Positions 29,801-43,526 are shown, counted from the first letter of the stretch. The stretch is DNA of 64,000 nt from Eledone cirrhosa (GCA_964016885.1 OZ024741.1:353462001-353526000), one strand, 5' to 3'. Notes: generated by a model not told the origin, from the letters alone. Numbers and translations are program-made.

Positions 29801-29997
29801 TTATATATATATACACATACATATATATATATATATATATACACATACATATATATATATATATATATAAATATTCTTTCATCTTTTTACTTCAAAAACC
29901 TTGTTTGTAAATAAAATTATTCTTTCTTTCCCATTTCCTTAACATGTTCAACGTCACCTTATCTTCTCTCCTACATTTTATGCCAATATAAAATTCC

Positions 29998-30038
29998 CCC
30001 CTTTGATAATGCATAAAATGCTGAAACCGGTAATAGAC
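29998..30038 (+). ncRNA. Hammerhead-like motif with U3-A8 core and weak stem I
   Basis: TTGATAA-t gcat aaa atgc t-GAAA-ccgg-TA; stem I pairing is poor. Confidence 0.45.
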
Positions 30039-30272
30039 AATTATTAAATATATAAATAAATAAATAAATGCTATTGTTAATTAATAAATAAATTAACTAA
30101 TACCTTAACACTTTACACAAAGTAAAATATTTTGTTTTAAACATTTTCTAACCCAGAAAAAAGAGAGAAAAATAAAGGAAAAATATACTTTTCTTCCTAA
30201 TAATCGTCTTTTTCTCCCTATTTGCATATATATATATTTCAACTCGTGTGCTCCTTCTCCACATTTTATAAT

Positions 30273-30336
<64 letters not shown>

Positions 30337-30468
30337 ATACAGTAAAAGCCTGTTTAGACCATTACTCACCAGAGTACTCGATACTTTGGGTAGTAGAGTA
30401 CGGTAATATGAGTCTGGAACTAACTGTTGAAACGGCAAGAGCTCAGCTGTCGGATTCCCGACTCTTTC

Positions 30469-30516
<48 letters not shown>

Positions 30517-30642
30517 TTGAAAAATGAAACAAAACAAACACAGGAATGCAAAAATACAAAGTCATATTAGATTCAATATATATATGTGGGTGGGTGTTGT
30601 GCGAATATATGTGAGAATATATCCTAAATATGAGGTTTTCTA

Positions 30643-30696
<54 letters not shown>

Positions 30697-30725
30697 GAGA
30701 GGTATAATAGATACATAACGTTGCG

Positions 30726-30769
<44 letters not shown>

Positions 30770-30905
30770 ATAATAATAAATATGAAGACTAAAATCCAAA
30801 GAGGGCTCGATAAGGATAAATATATATCAAATATATAAGAACCGTAGAGCAAATATATATATACAATATATTAATAAATGGAAACTATATTTATAAAACC
30901 ATAAT

Positions 30906-30971
30906 TATTTTATTATATATATTTCAAGGGCGACCAAGGTAAATTATGGTGCGCTTTCATCAGATAAAATA
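30906..30971 (-). ncRNA. Type I hammerhead motif (left arm)
   Basis: Reverse complement of 31091-31156. Confidence 0.75.
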
Positions 30972-31090
30972 CAGATTTGTTTTATAAATAAATATTGACA
31001 TACCCGGAAAAAAGACAACCTCAGCGGTTGAAATTAGCTGAGGTTGTCTTTTTTCCGGGTATGTCAATATTTATTTATAAAACAAATCTG

Positions 31091-31156
31091 TATTTTATCT
31101 GATGAAAGCGCACCATAATTTACCTTGGTCGCCCTTGAAATATATATAATAAAATA
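31091..31156 (+). ncRNA. Type I hammerhead motif
   Basis: tattttat-CTGATGA-aagcgcacca..tggtcgccctt-GAAA-tatata-TA-ataaaata; 8-bp stem I. Confidence 0.78.
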
Positions 31157-31287
31157 ATTATGGTTTTATAAATATAGTTTCCATTTATAAATATATTGTA
31201 TATTTACTCCACTAAATTGTTGACTGCTTTATATCAGTTATAACAATTTTTAAGCCTGTTGAATCCCAACAAATTAAATATAACCTC

Positions 31288-31354
<67 letters not shown>

Positions 31355-31487
31355 TTATTTATTAAAATAACAGATTAAAGTTTAAGCAAAGAATCGATGC
31401 TTTCACCCTCAACGGTTCTTATATATTTGATATATATTTATCCTTATCGAGCCCTCTTTGGATTTTAGTTTCCAAATTTATTATTAT

Positions 31488-31591
<104 letters not shown>

Positions 31592-31664
31592 GTAATAGAA
31601 TGAAACGAAATTTCATTTCTCACTCTTAGTACGGCAGTTACTTAAATGTATATAATAAAATAAT

Positions 31665-31765
31665 TGTTTCTACTTTAGGCACAAGGCCAGCAATTACCCA
31701 GTGCATTACTGGTACTTTATTTTATCGACCCCGTAAGGATGAAAGGCAAAGTCAACCTCGGCGGG
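31665..31765 (-). mobile_element. 5'-truncated Meta-core SINE with 13-bp TSD (ATAATAAAATAAT)
   Basis: TSD at 31652-31664 and 31766-31778; near-identical to 52160-52260. Confidence 0.85.
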
Positions 31766-32161
31766 ATAATAAAATAATGTTGAACAAAAAGGTGACGTGG
31801 TTGCCTAAACACTATACGGCGTAATTCGGGCTGTTTGTTTGTTTACAAACAAACCGAGCATTATAATAAATGTTCGGTAAACCATTACGTGCATATATAT
31901 ATGTGTGCATGTATGTATATATATACATATTACTGTACGTCTGTATACATATATGTATGTACGTATACATACATACTTACATTTAAGTAACTGCCGTATT
32001 AAGAGTGAGAAATGAAATTTCGTTTCATTCTATTCTATTTATCGTTTTCGGTGCGCCCGGCCGACTAAACTCACTCGATATGCAAATTAAGCTGCTCAGG
32101 TGTTAATATGCGTGAGGAAAGTATATACTTTCAGACGTTCAACCATCTGGCAGGAAGGTAT

Positions 32162-32204
32162 ACGATGCTGACGATAGTTAATAAGCTTGAAACTAGTACA
32201 TCGT
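32162..32204 (+). ncRNA. Minimal type I hammerhead motif
   Basis: acgatg-CTGACGA-t agtt aata agct t-GAAA-ctag-TA-catcgt; perfect 6-bp stem I, GUA site. Confidence 0.82.
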
Positions 32205-32425
32205 TCCTGTGTCAGTCTTGAACAAAAAGGTGACGTGGTTGCCTAAACACTGTACGGCGTAATTCGAGCTGTTTGTTTGTTTACAAACACACCGAGCATT
32301 ATAGTAAATGTTCGGTAAACCATTACGTGCATATATATATGTGTGCATGTATGTATATATATATATATATACATACTACTGTACGTCTGTATATATATAT
32401 GTATGTACGTATATATATACATATA

Positions 32426-32495
<70 letters not shown>

Positions 32496-32498
<3 letters not shown>

Positions 32499-33039
32499 TT
32501 TCTGAATTTGTTTAGCAAGATTCTTTATCTGAAAACGTGTGTTGAAACCGATATTGTTATACTTTGGGAGGGTCATGTTGCCAATAACAAACACACGCAC
32601 CAGATGCTTTCACTTCAATTTATTATAATAAATTTATAAATTTAGGAATTTATAAATTTCCGGTTGGTTGGTTGGTTCCACAACCAGATGGTTGTTTATA
32701 TATTGTCAAAGTTCTGTCGTCACACATTCTGTGACCTCTTTAGTGACTGGGGATTCTTTTCTTTGTTTTTTGTGCCTCTCCTTTCCTACGCCATCTTGTT
32801 TGACGGAACAAAGGAGAGGCACAAAAAACAAAGAAAAGAATCCCCAGTCACCGAAGAGGTCACAGAATGTGTGACGACAGAACTTTGACAATATAGAAAC
32901 AACCATCTGGTTGTGGAACCAACCAACCAACCAACCGGAATTTTATAAATTCCTAAATTTATAAATTTATTATAATAAATTGAAGTGAAAGCAACTGGTG
33001 CGTGTGTTTCTTATTGGCAACATGACCCTCCCAAAGTAT

Positions 33040-33046
<7 letters not shown>
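32496..33046. mobile_element. Fold-back element (family E), both HHR copies with mutated cores
   Basis: ~230-bp inverted arms; cores CCGAAGA/CTAAAGA and GACA instead of GAAA. Confidence 0.75.
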
Positions 33047-33070
<24 letters not shown>

Positions 33071-33072
<2 letters not shown>

Positions 33073-33210
33073 ACGAGGGAAATGTGGTAAGGAACCAGAT
33101 GGACCATAACGCACCAAAGTACTCAATACTTAGGGTAGTAGATTGGGTAATAGGAACACGTGTGACCCCGACGGCAGAGCTCAAGCCGTTTCGACGGTTA
33201 ATTCTTCATA
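33071..33210 (-). mobile_element. Family A element, single arm
   Basis: aacgagggaaatgtggtaaggaaccagatggaccataacgc...ccccgacggcagagctcaagccgtttcgac. Confidence 0.75.
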
Positions 33211-33226
33211 ATTATTTATTCTTTTT

Positions 33227-34124
<898 letters not shown>

Positions 34125-34149
34125 CGCAACGTTATGTATCTATTATACA

Positions 34150-34193
<44 letters not shown>

Positions 34194-34860
34194 TAGAAAA
34201 CCTCATATTTTGGATATATTATCACATATATTCGCACAACACCCACCCACATGTATGTAGTTTTACATACATATGTATACGTATCTGAAATTTTCTTTCC
34301 AGCTTCGATTTGATATCATATGAGGTCACATAAATAGTCCATTAGCTGGATATTCTGTTGCAAACAGAAAAGCAATAAGATAAGATCTTTATCACCCTAA
34401 CTCATTTGCTCCATCGAAGATTTCATCATGGTTTCCAATATCCTTAATTGTGTTCCGCTTTTGAGAAAACTGCAACTTGCTTCCATTGTACGTTTTCTAA
34501 TTATCGTCTGCATTCAGTCAAATGTCTTGTCAAGAGTTTTTGCTTCGTTAAACTAAAACCAACAATTTTGTGAATACTATTTGGTAGAAAAGAAAAGAAA
34601 TGACCGAAATAAAATGAAAGGAACGATACAGTTTTATTAACAGACATGTAAAAAGGGGGTTTTTGGGGGGTTTTTTTTGTACGAAATCACTTAACACATC
34701 AGTGAATCGATTCGTGTTAAGCTAACATTAACCCCACGCACACGCACACATAGACTGAGACACACACACGCGCGCGCACATATCTAACACACGACCATAT
34801 ACAGTGACACACACATGCACACGCACACAGACAAACATACACACATATACACACACACAT

Positions 34861-34983
<123 letters not shown>

Positions 34984-35019
34984 TGTATATATATGTATTT
35001 ATACACACATATATATATG

Positions 35020-35052
<33 letters not shown>

Positions 35053-35186
35053 GTATTTATACACACATATATATATGTATATATATATATATATATATGT
35101 GTATATATATGTATTTATACACATATATATATATGTGTATATATATGTATATATATATGTGTGTGTGTATACATACATATGTATAC

Positions 35187-35224
<38 letters not shown>

Positions 35225-35249
35225 GTGTGTATACATACATATGTATACA

Positions 35250-35282
<33 letters not shown>

Positions 35283-35304
35283 GTATACATATGTATGTAT
35301 ACAC

Positions 35305-35336
<32 letters not shown>

Positions 35337-35354
35337 GTATACATATGTATGTAT

Positions 35355-35450
<96 letters not shown>

Positions 35451-35475
35451 ATATATATGTATACATATGTGTGTA

Positions 35476-35518
<43 letters not shown>

Positions 35519-35577
35519 GTAAATATATATAAAATAAAATAAATAAGTCAAATATTTAAAATTTGGCTTCGTTTATT

Positions 35578-35632
35578 ACTGCTATATATATTTCGGTGAC
35601 AGCCATCTTTGGCTGTGACCTCTTCAGGCAGT
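35578..35632 (-). ncRNA. Type I hammerhead motif (intact core)
   Basis: actgc-CTGAAGA-ggtcacagcca aaga tggctgtcacc-GAAA-tatata-TA-gcagt. Confidence 0.85.
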
Positions 35633-35915
35633 CCGAATTGGTGTGGTAGAGACGGGTACACATGTTGTTGAGGTGTTTAACTCCGTCAATACTCCGATAT
35701 GCCCAGTTCCTGATTGGGTTGTTATTTCTCTGAGGAACTGGAATCATATGAATTCGAACAAACGAATTTCAGCGTCAAAAATTCGTTTGTTCGAATTCAT
35801 ATGATTCCAGTTCCTCAGAGAAATAACAACCCAATCAGGAACTGGACATATCGGAGTATTGACGGAGTTAAACACCTCAACAACATGTGTACCCGTCTCT
35901 ACCACACCAATTCGG

Positions 35916-35970
35916 ACTGCCTGAAGAGGTCACAGCCAAAGATGGCTGTCACCGTAATATATATAGCAGT
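35916..35970 (+). ncRNA. Type I hammerhead motif with GAAA>GTAA mutation
   Basis: Same as the left arm except GTAA at 35954-35957. Confidence 0.7.
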
Positions 35971-36094
35971 AATAAACGAAGCAAAAATTTAAATATATGA
36001 CTTATTTATTATATTTTCCATTACTCCAAGTAACCAAACCAACCTCGCACTTCGTCGAGTCCTCCAATCTGTCGGTAAACAACCAACATATACT

Positions 36095-36137
<43 letters not shown>

Positions 36138-36139
<2 letters not shown>

Positions 36140-36330
36140 AACCAGTAAGACCCCGACGGCTGAGCTCAAGCCGTTTCGACGGCTAATTGAGTCCAGAATT
36201 AGCCGTCGAAACGGCTTGAGCTCAGCCGTCGGGGTATTACTGGTTCCTATTACCCACTCTACTACCCTAAGTATTGAGTACTTTGGTGCGTTATGGTCCA
36301 CCTGGTTCCTTACCACATTTCCTTCGTTAT
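36138..36330. mobile_element. Family A fold-back element (half-hammerhead)
   Basis: Hairpin centred ~36192; gtc-GAAA-cggct tgagctc agccg-TC-ggggt. Confidence 0.8.
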
Positions 36331-37749
36331 ATATATATATATATATACATAATGAGAGGTACGCACATACATGTGCATACATACACATGTATATATACAC
36401 ATATTTTTTCACAAGTATGTCTTGTCGACCCTAACCAGTGTTGCTCTATGAATATGAGAGACAAGATAATCGGAATAATTAAATTGACTCGATATCAGAG
36501 CTATGACACAGATATATACCTATTTTTTCTTCAATGCCCTGACTGTACAGTTTCGTTGGTCAGTATGCAACAATCTTATATCATAGAGATGCAACATTGT
36601 TGTGAGGTAACCCAGCTTTTCAAGGGAACACCTCGGGGAAAGAGCGCTTCCACACACGTCCGTTTGTTTGTGTGTGTGTGTGTGTGTGTGTGTAGATACC
36701 TCTTTTGTCTTGTTAACAAAACACCTTTACTAGATTTGAAGGGGAACCCACTCGGTGCAAATAGATCATATATATAAATATATATTTATGGAGATCGAGG
36801 GAGCGGGAGAGAGAGAGACGCGTAAGAGTATAAATAAACTTACTGACAATGGGTTGGTACCCTGTAAGTTCCTCGCCAAGGCTTAGAAAATTGTTTTATT
36901 AACTAAACAAAAAAGATGTACATTTTGGTGTGTGTGTGTGGGGGGGGGGGGGTCTCGAAATCGCTGATGGAGCAAATTCCACTGGCTATCTTCCGCGTCA
37001 ATGCTTTTGCCATCTTGTTTGCGAGGCGCACTTGAGATAAGTTATACTGTTAGGGATATAGAGTTTGATCCTCCATTCCACCGTCCTCATCGTTCATTAT
37101 TTATTATTTTCTTGCCCTTTTCTCTTCTTGTTTATTATTTAAAACTTCTCTTTTCCTCGATATATACTTCAGTTAAATTTACTTATGTAGCTACTTATTT
37201 ACGCAGGATAGTTTTGGTCTAAAACCTCATAGGAATTCTATTCTTTACGATGGGTTGAAGGGTTCTCTATTCTAACGTGACTGTTAAACTGAAAAGCATA
37301 ATTTATATATGAATATATATGCGTGTATCTGTATGCGAGCGCGTGTGTAAGCTGATTTATGTATGTTTGAACATAAATATTGCTGTTCCAGATTTCAAAC
37401 ATTGTATACTCTATAATTTATTTTAAAGAATCGGGAGTCATATTCTAATATTTCAGTCACAAATCGATTGTGTGTTACTAAGGAATTCTATAGCTCTCAG
37501 CTTCGATTTGATTTCACTCATGCAAAACTAAAACATCAACTACAATCACAATAACGATAATGTTTTTACCGCCTGACGATGGCTAGCAGTGGACCTAAAT
37601 TCCTATTACAAGTATAAGCAGTTATACTGAAATTACTACCATACATTCCGGCTTGGAGGCATCACATAACATCCTCTTGATATCAGTGTTTCAACATCCT
37701 CATACATTACACTGCATTTCACAACACCGTTACATACCATTATAACACC

Positions 37750-38095
37750 TCTACATGCTTACAATAGAATGGACCTTCATCGGTTTCGAAGAGACGAAGG
37801 TTTCAGATATTCGGTCAATGGAGTAGCTTGTAAGTGGCTGAGTATTCCATGGACATATGTCCTCTTAGTGTAATTTTTAAGGATATCGAACGTGACATTG
37901 TGTGGCAAGATTAGCCTTTTAAATTTCAGTTACTGGCCATCCGACAAGCTTCCAAACAGATTTTGTCAATCCAATTTCCCTCTCAAGGCATTCGTTGAGC
38001 CGAGGCTATTGTAAACAACACTTGCCCAAGATGTCACGAAGTGGAAGCGAACACGGAATCTAATGATTGCTAAGCGAGACTTTCTACTGTATGGT
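37750..38095 (-). mobile_element. Diverged tRNA-derived SINE (second family)
   Basis: cacttgcccaag.tgtcacg..gtggaagcgaacacggaatc resembles the reverse complement of a tRNA-type head with a cttgggcaagtg core. Confidence 0.5.
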
Positions 38096-38111
38096 TATGT
38101 ACAATATATAT

Positions 38112-38333
38112 AGCAAAGAGGGTGTGGTAAGATATCAGGCGGACCATAACGCACGAGGGTACTCGATACTTGGGGTAGTAGAGTGGATAATACGAAAAGG
38201 TTCGGGACCCCGACAGCTGAGCTCCGGCCGTTTCGACAGCTAGATCCGAACTAAGCCACCAGACTCGTGGCTTAGTTCGGATCTAACTGTCTAAACGGCC
38301 GGAGCTCAGCTGTCGGGGTCCCGAACCTTTTCA
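38112..38333. mobile_element. Family A fold-back element
   Basis: Hairpin 38194-38333 centred ~38262. Confidence 0.75.
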
Positions 38334-38348
38334 TATATATATATATAT

Positions 38349-38944
38349 TGGTGCTACTGGTAACATGTATCCCAGTACAACCTGTCTCATGGTCGGGTCG
38401 TTGGCGACTAAACTGGCAACCCCACCAAGGTTTCTTGGTGAGGAGGGTGACTTTGGACATCCTGCAGGACTAAAAACAAAACCTGTCAAAGGGCAAAGGA
38501 CTCTTAAGAGTCAATCGCCATACAAAATCACCGGGAGAGATGACCCCTTAGCCTTTGTCAAGGCAGAATTCTAGGAGGAGGAAAACTCTGATATAACACC
38601 TGCAACCCTGATGGTATCCAATGATGTTGACTTGTTATTCTTTTTGGTAAATATCATCTTGGTTAAGAGAGTGGGACTGGCTTTGTGCAGTGCATTTGCT
38701 CACTATAAAAGCGTCACGGCACAGGCATTGCCCTTATATCTGGAGATCTCTCTGCACTTGTCATCACATGGTACCATGGGCCCAGCACTGTGTGTCAATA
38801 ATTGTCACAGGTGTAGTGTTTGTACCAGAGTTTTCAAGTCGCTGGCTGGACTAAAAAGTCACACTCGTTCAGCGCATCGGTAGGGGTTCTCCTACATGGA
38901 TATAAAGTAGTGGCCGTACTCGAAAACGAGTTGGCAGCCACCAT
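38349..38944 (+). mobile_element. Bipartite RTE-derived non-autonomous element (putative 5'UTR-like part plus zinc-finger/3' tail)
   Basis: C2H2 remnant CSVCTRVFKSLAGLKSHTRSAH matches the RTE C-terminus near 41200; shared 3' tail; (TA)n flanks. Confidence 0.6.
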
Positions 38945-39197
38945 ATATATATATATATATATATATGAGAGACGTAAAATAAGAAAATTATAAAATTAAC
39001 TTACTTAACAAACCACTCTCCACTGATTGACCTCGATGTCACGTGATTGATTCTTTTGAATTTGCCGCCGACGCAGTAGGCAGTGATTTTCTCAATGGCT
39101 TGAAATTAGTCCACGCTTTCCTTTTTTCCATCCACTGAATTATTTTTGTATAAGTTCCCTGTGTCCACGTATTGCCTGGAAACTTAGCTGAGAATAG

Positions 39198-39280
39198 ACT
39201 TCCCTGATGACGAAAGGCTTCTCTGTACGCTTCTTCGGAAAGTATGTTTATTCCCTTTCAGAAACTAATTAGTTGGGAGT
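39198..39280 (+). ncRNA. Type I hammerhead motif
   Basis: acttcc-CTGATGA-c gaaagg...cctttc a-GAAA-ctaattag-TT-gggagt. Confidence 0.78.
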
Positions 39281-39720
39281 GAAATTTTAGTAAGTAAGTT
39301 AATTTTATAATTTTCTTATTTTACGTCTCTCATATTATTGTTCTGCAACCCCATGCATTGAACCAAAAAGTTACTAAGACAAAACCTATATATTTGCTAG
39401 CATAAGTATGCATCTGTGTATATATATGTTACTAGATATACTAATTCTTTATAATTATCTCCAAATTATTTGTCGAGCAAATATTGGCCAAAACCGCTGC
39501 TATAGTAACAGTCCGGCTGCTGTCTTCTTAACAAACCACTCTCCACTGATTGACCTCGATGTCACGTGATTGATTCTTTTGAATTTGCCACCGACGCAGT
39601 AGGCAGTGATTTTCTCAATGGCTTGAAATTAGTCCACGCTTTGCTTTTTTCCATCCACTGAATTATTTTTGTATAAGTTCCCTGTGTCCACGTATTGCCT
39701 GGAAACTTAGCTGAGAATAG

Positions 39721-39803
39721 ACTTCCCTGATGACGAAAGGCTTCACTGTACGCTTCTTCGGAAAGTATGTTTATTCCCTTTCAGAAACTAATTAGTTGGG
39801 AGT
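39721..39803 (+). ncRNA. Type I hammerhead motif (second tandem copy)
   Basis: Same motif 523 bp downstream. Confidence 0.78.
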
Positions 39804-39965
39804 GAAATTTTAGTAAGTTAATTTTATAATTTTCTTATTTTACGTCTCTCATATTAGTGTTCTGCAACCCCATGCATTGAACCACAAAGTTACTAAGACA
39901 AAGCCTATATATTTGCTAGCATAAGTATGCATCTGTGTATATATATGTTACTAGATATACTAATT

Positions 39966-40001
<36 letters not shown>

Positions 40002-40007
<6 letters not shown>

Positions 40008-40485
40008 CCGGAGGCCATATTTAGTTGAATCAGGTTTATTTAAAACTCCGTTATACATATTTCACTGAGGACTATCTGTTATGATAGCCTGAACTCTTCA
40101 AACTGCGAAACCTAAAATAAATATTGAAAGTTGCTAAGAAACTTTTGAATATTTGAATATGGAAAATTACAATAATCTCCCCGAAAAAAGTATTTTTTCA
40201 TGATACAAGGGGCCGGTTGAACGCGTGGTGTTGTTTCTACGACCACCGGTCCCTGTATATATAAGAGAGTGTTTAAGTTTGCTTGAATCATTTTGGAATA
40301 TAAAAAAATGTTCGTTTTGGAAGCTTCTACAAGGCAGATGGATAAATCTCCGGGTAACAAAATCAGTTGGCAGTAAGAAAATTGAACAGAAGGAATATTT
40401 TTCCTTCTTCCTACTGACACCTAATTTTGTTACTCGGAGATTTACCCATCTGCATTGTGGAGGCTTCCAAAACGACCATTTATAT
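40002..40485. mobile_element. Old element with decayed HHR-like motif (minus ~40047-40105) and a diverged hairpin 40306-40480
   Basis: Minus: TTGAAGA..ctatc/gatag..GAAA-tatgta-TA; imperfect ~75-bp inverted arms. Confidence 0.45.
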
Positions 40486-41062
40486 ATATACACATAACCA
40501 AGCATATTTCTATATATACACTCATACAAAATATGCATAATAAATCAATGTATTCAGAGATAGCAAAAAGATGGGTGAGAGGTATAAACGGTATAATATA
40601 AAGTGTAAGCAAATATAAAATGTAGAGCCATTCAGTCTGTTGATGGTATTAATTCCCAATTTGTCAATAGATACTTATCAAAGTCACGGCATTATTTGAA
40701 ATTTCTGGCCTTAAATTTATTGCAGTTCTTATGTAATCTACATCACTCAAGGATCTTCCACTTGATGTTGAAATCAATAGCCTATTCTTTCAAATTCCAG
40801 ATGTAATTGGACAATTTCGTTACATTCCTTTATGCATGAAATATATATGAAATTTATGTGAAGTATATATGAAATTTCTGAAGTAATGTTGTTAAATTTA
40901 CATCCCTTCATATCTATATAGTGTGTGTACGTGTATACATACATACATACGTACTTACGTACATACATACATACATACATACATACATACATACATACAT
41001 ACATACATACATACACATATACATACATACGTACTTACGTACATACATACATACATACATAC

Positions 41063-41090
41063 ATGATGATGGCTGCCCCCTCGTTATCGA

Positions 41091-41130
<40 letters not shown>

Positions 41131-42222
41131 GCACACACATAAACATATCTACACACACACGATAGCAATTACCAGCGTTGCGATCGAATGTGGCTTTGTA
41201 GCCCAGCCAATGATCTAAAATGTCTTGCACAGAGTTGGTAACCAAAACATTCACTAGGAATAGCCGACTGTGGTTGAAGTTCATGTACTTTTGCATGTCG
41301 TTTGAGCCCTCCTGCAAGCATGATGAGTAGCATCTCCAACAGCAGCCTGGTAGTCAACCACTGGTCTTACTTTATATCTGCGAAGATGACTTTCGAGTCC
41401 AGCTTTGCTTAGGCAGAGTCTCGCACAGACGTTGTATGTCAGCGCCATAGGAGGACCTTCACCGTCTGGAAATGCAACAGCAATGCCCTTCCTCATATCC
41501 TGCTTTACTTTCTCGTATACGATTCGAGATGTCTCAAAGGCAGTCTTTTTCCATTTATTACGATCAGCAGCAACATTTTCCCATGTATCAGCAGAGATGT
41601 TAGCGTCTTTTAAAGAGGCTTTCAAGGAATCCTTATACCCCTTTTTGGTTTATGTGGCGGTCGTTTTCCTTTAACTATCTCTCCATAAAAGAGTTGTTTT
41701 GATATTCTAGAATCCTTCATCCTGGCAAGGTGACCACCCCAACGGAGTCGTGGCTTAAGCACAAGAGCTTCTATACTGTCACACAGGGAGCATTCCAAAA
41801 TCTCGACATCACTGATGTAGTCCCTCCAGTGAACGCCATGGATCCGTCTGAGACACATCTGTTGGAAACGCTCCAATTGTTTAAGGTGGTGTCGATACCC
41901 AGGTCTCGCAGGCATAAAGAAGAGAAAAGAGCTCCCATGCCTTATATACCTTTATCTCTGTCTTCTTGCATGTCTCGCCGACCCCAGAGTTGCTTTTCTA
42001 GCTTTCCGAACGCATCACTTGCTTTCCTAATCCTGAGTGGGATTTCATTATCAAGGTTGCTGTATCGATTGACAGTGCTTCCCAGGTAGACAAACTGAAC
42101 AACCACTCCAAGTCGTTTACCATACACAAAGATATTTGGTTCACTGTACAGCTTACCAGGGGCAGGTCGGTACATGACGACGGTTTTCTTGAGACTGACA
42201 GTCAAACCTAGGGCAGTGCATG
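41063..42222 (-). mobile_element. RTE (BovB-like) LINE 3' fragment with C-terminal C2H2 zinc fingers, decayed
   Basis: KKTVVM, FVYLGS, RIRKASDAFGKL, LERFQQMCLRRI, RLRWGGHLARM, KQLFYGE, CARLCLSKAGLESH. Confidence 0.88.
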
Positions 42223-42482
42223 TATTTATATGCGTGTCTATATGTATGTATTACAAAATACAAACAGAAAGTAACAATTGCCCAAACTCATTTTAGTTTT
42301 ACGCTCGTTGGAAAAGGAAAAGCAATGTTTCAACATATTGAGCGTTAGAACTTCATCGCGAAAGAGTAAAGTGAAGAAAAAGAGAAGGTTGAACGGTTGA
42401 AGAAAAAATAAGGTTTATCAGGGTGGGTGATATAGGCAGGCAAGTAGACTGTGGTGGTGAGCTGTATGTATTTAAGTGTGTT

Positions 42483-42534
<52 letters not shown>

Positions 42535-42618
42535 GGATTATATTACACGGCCCGGAAAGATTCACTTCTTTGAGCTATTTAATTGTAAAAGACTATTTTG
42601 AGTTTCTAACTCAATCTA

Positions 42619-42686
<68 letters not shown>

Positions 42687-42821
42687 AGTGTAATTTTCTA
42701 CACAAAACGAAGGTTATAGAGAAAATTGAGGTTGGTAATGGCACATGGAATATATAAGAGAGAGAATACTTTTTTGTGAAAAAACATAATTTTATAAGGT
42801 AAGGAAATAATAAAGGGTATA

Positions 42822-42870
42822 AAAAATGACCGGTTTCGATGGGTCTGCAAAAGCCATCTTTTCAAATGTT
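42822..42870 (-). ncRNA. PLE 3'-end hammerhead motif, U3-A8 core (sense to the ORF)
   Basis: aacat-TTGAAAA-gatgg..ccatc-GAAA-ccgg-TC-atttt. Confidence 0.65.
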
Positions 42871-43220
42871 GATTAATATTAAGAAAAATTAATAATACGA
42901 AGAGTTAAAATTTGAGACTTGAAAATTCAAGTATAAAATTCATTGTGGGATTTCATAGCAGTTTTCATCTAGGTAGCAACAACAGGTTGACTGCTGTGTC
43001 CCTTTCTGGTAGTGAATGAGAAGTTATTTGGGGTGTGGGTTATTTTATAAAGGTCTGATTTAGCAATCGCCAGCTGCTGGTCAGTGAGGGGGTGGAAGCA
43101 ATATACACACACATATATCTTCCTGTGATGGGTAGGAGAGTGGAGCGTGATAGAAAAGGATTTAGTGCACTTACACCTATATATACACACATACCTTCAT
43201 CCACACATACATACATATAC

Positions 43221-43267
<47 letters not shown>

Positions 43268-43336
43268 CACACATACATACACACACACATACATATACAT
43301 ACACACATACACACACACACACATATATATACACAT

Positions 43337-43389
<53 letters not shown>

Positions 43390-43432
43390 TATATATACAT
43401 ATACACACATACATCCAGATACACACATACAT

Positions 43433-43526
<94 letters not shown>

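Larger units (their letters stand above)
30857..31290. mobile_element. Fold-back element (family F) with HHR in each arm
   Basis: ~170-bp near-perfect arms centred ~31030; right arm extended to 31290; homologous to 48665-50340 and 53260-53450. Confidence 0.8.
31593..32430 (+). mobile_element. Tandem ~1.5-mer of a 438-nt HHR-bearing unit with inverted 5' arm (family L), interrupted by a SINE
   Basis: ttgaacaaaaaggtgacgtgg at 31780 and 32218; 31593-31650 is the inverse of 31978-32035. Confidence 0.8.
35538..36097. mobile_element. Fold-back element (family H) with HHR in each arm
   Basis: ~230-bp near-perfect arms centred ~35774; right arm extended ~85 nt; (TA)n flanks. Confidence 0.82.
38967..39970 (+). 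mobile_element. Tandem ~1.85-mer of a 523-nt non-coding unit, one HHR per unit, with a short inverted 5' arm (retrozyme-like)
   Basis: cttaacaaaccactctcc at ~39004 and ~39527; 38967-39006 is the inverse of ~39290-39330; (TA)n flanks. Confidence 0.88.

Noticed and set aside
36900-37015. Possible gene start on minus (AAGATGGC, MAKALTRK...)
   Set aside because: Short ORF running into a microsatellite; no homology or splice support
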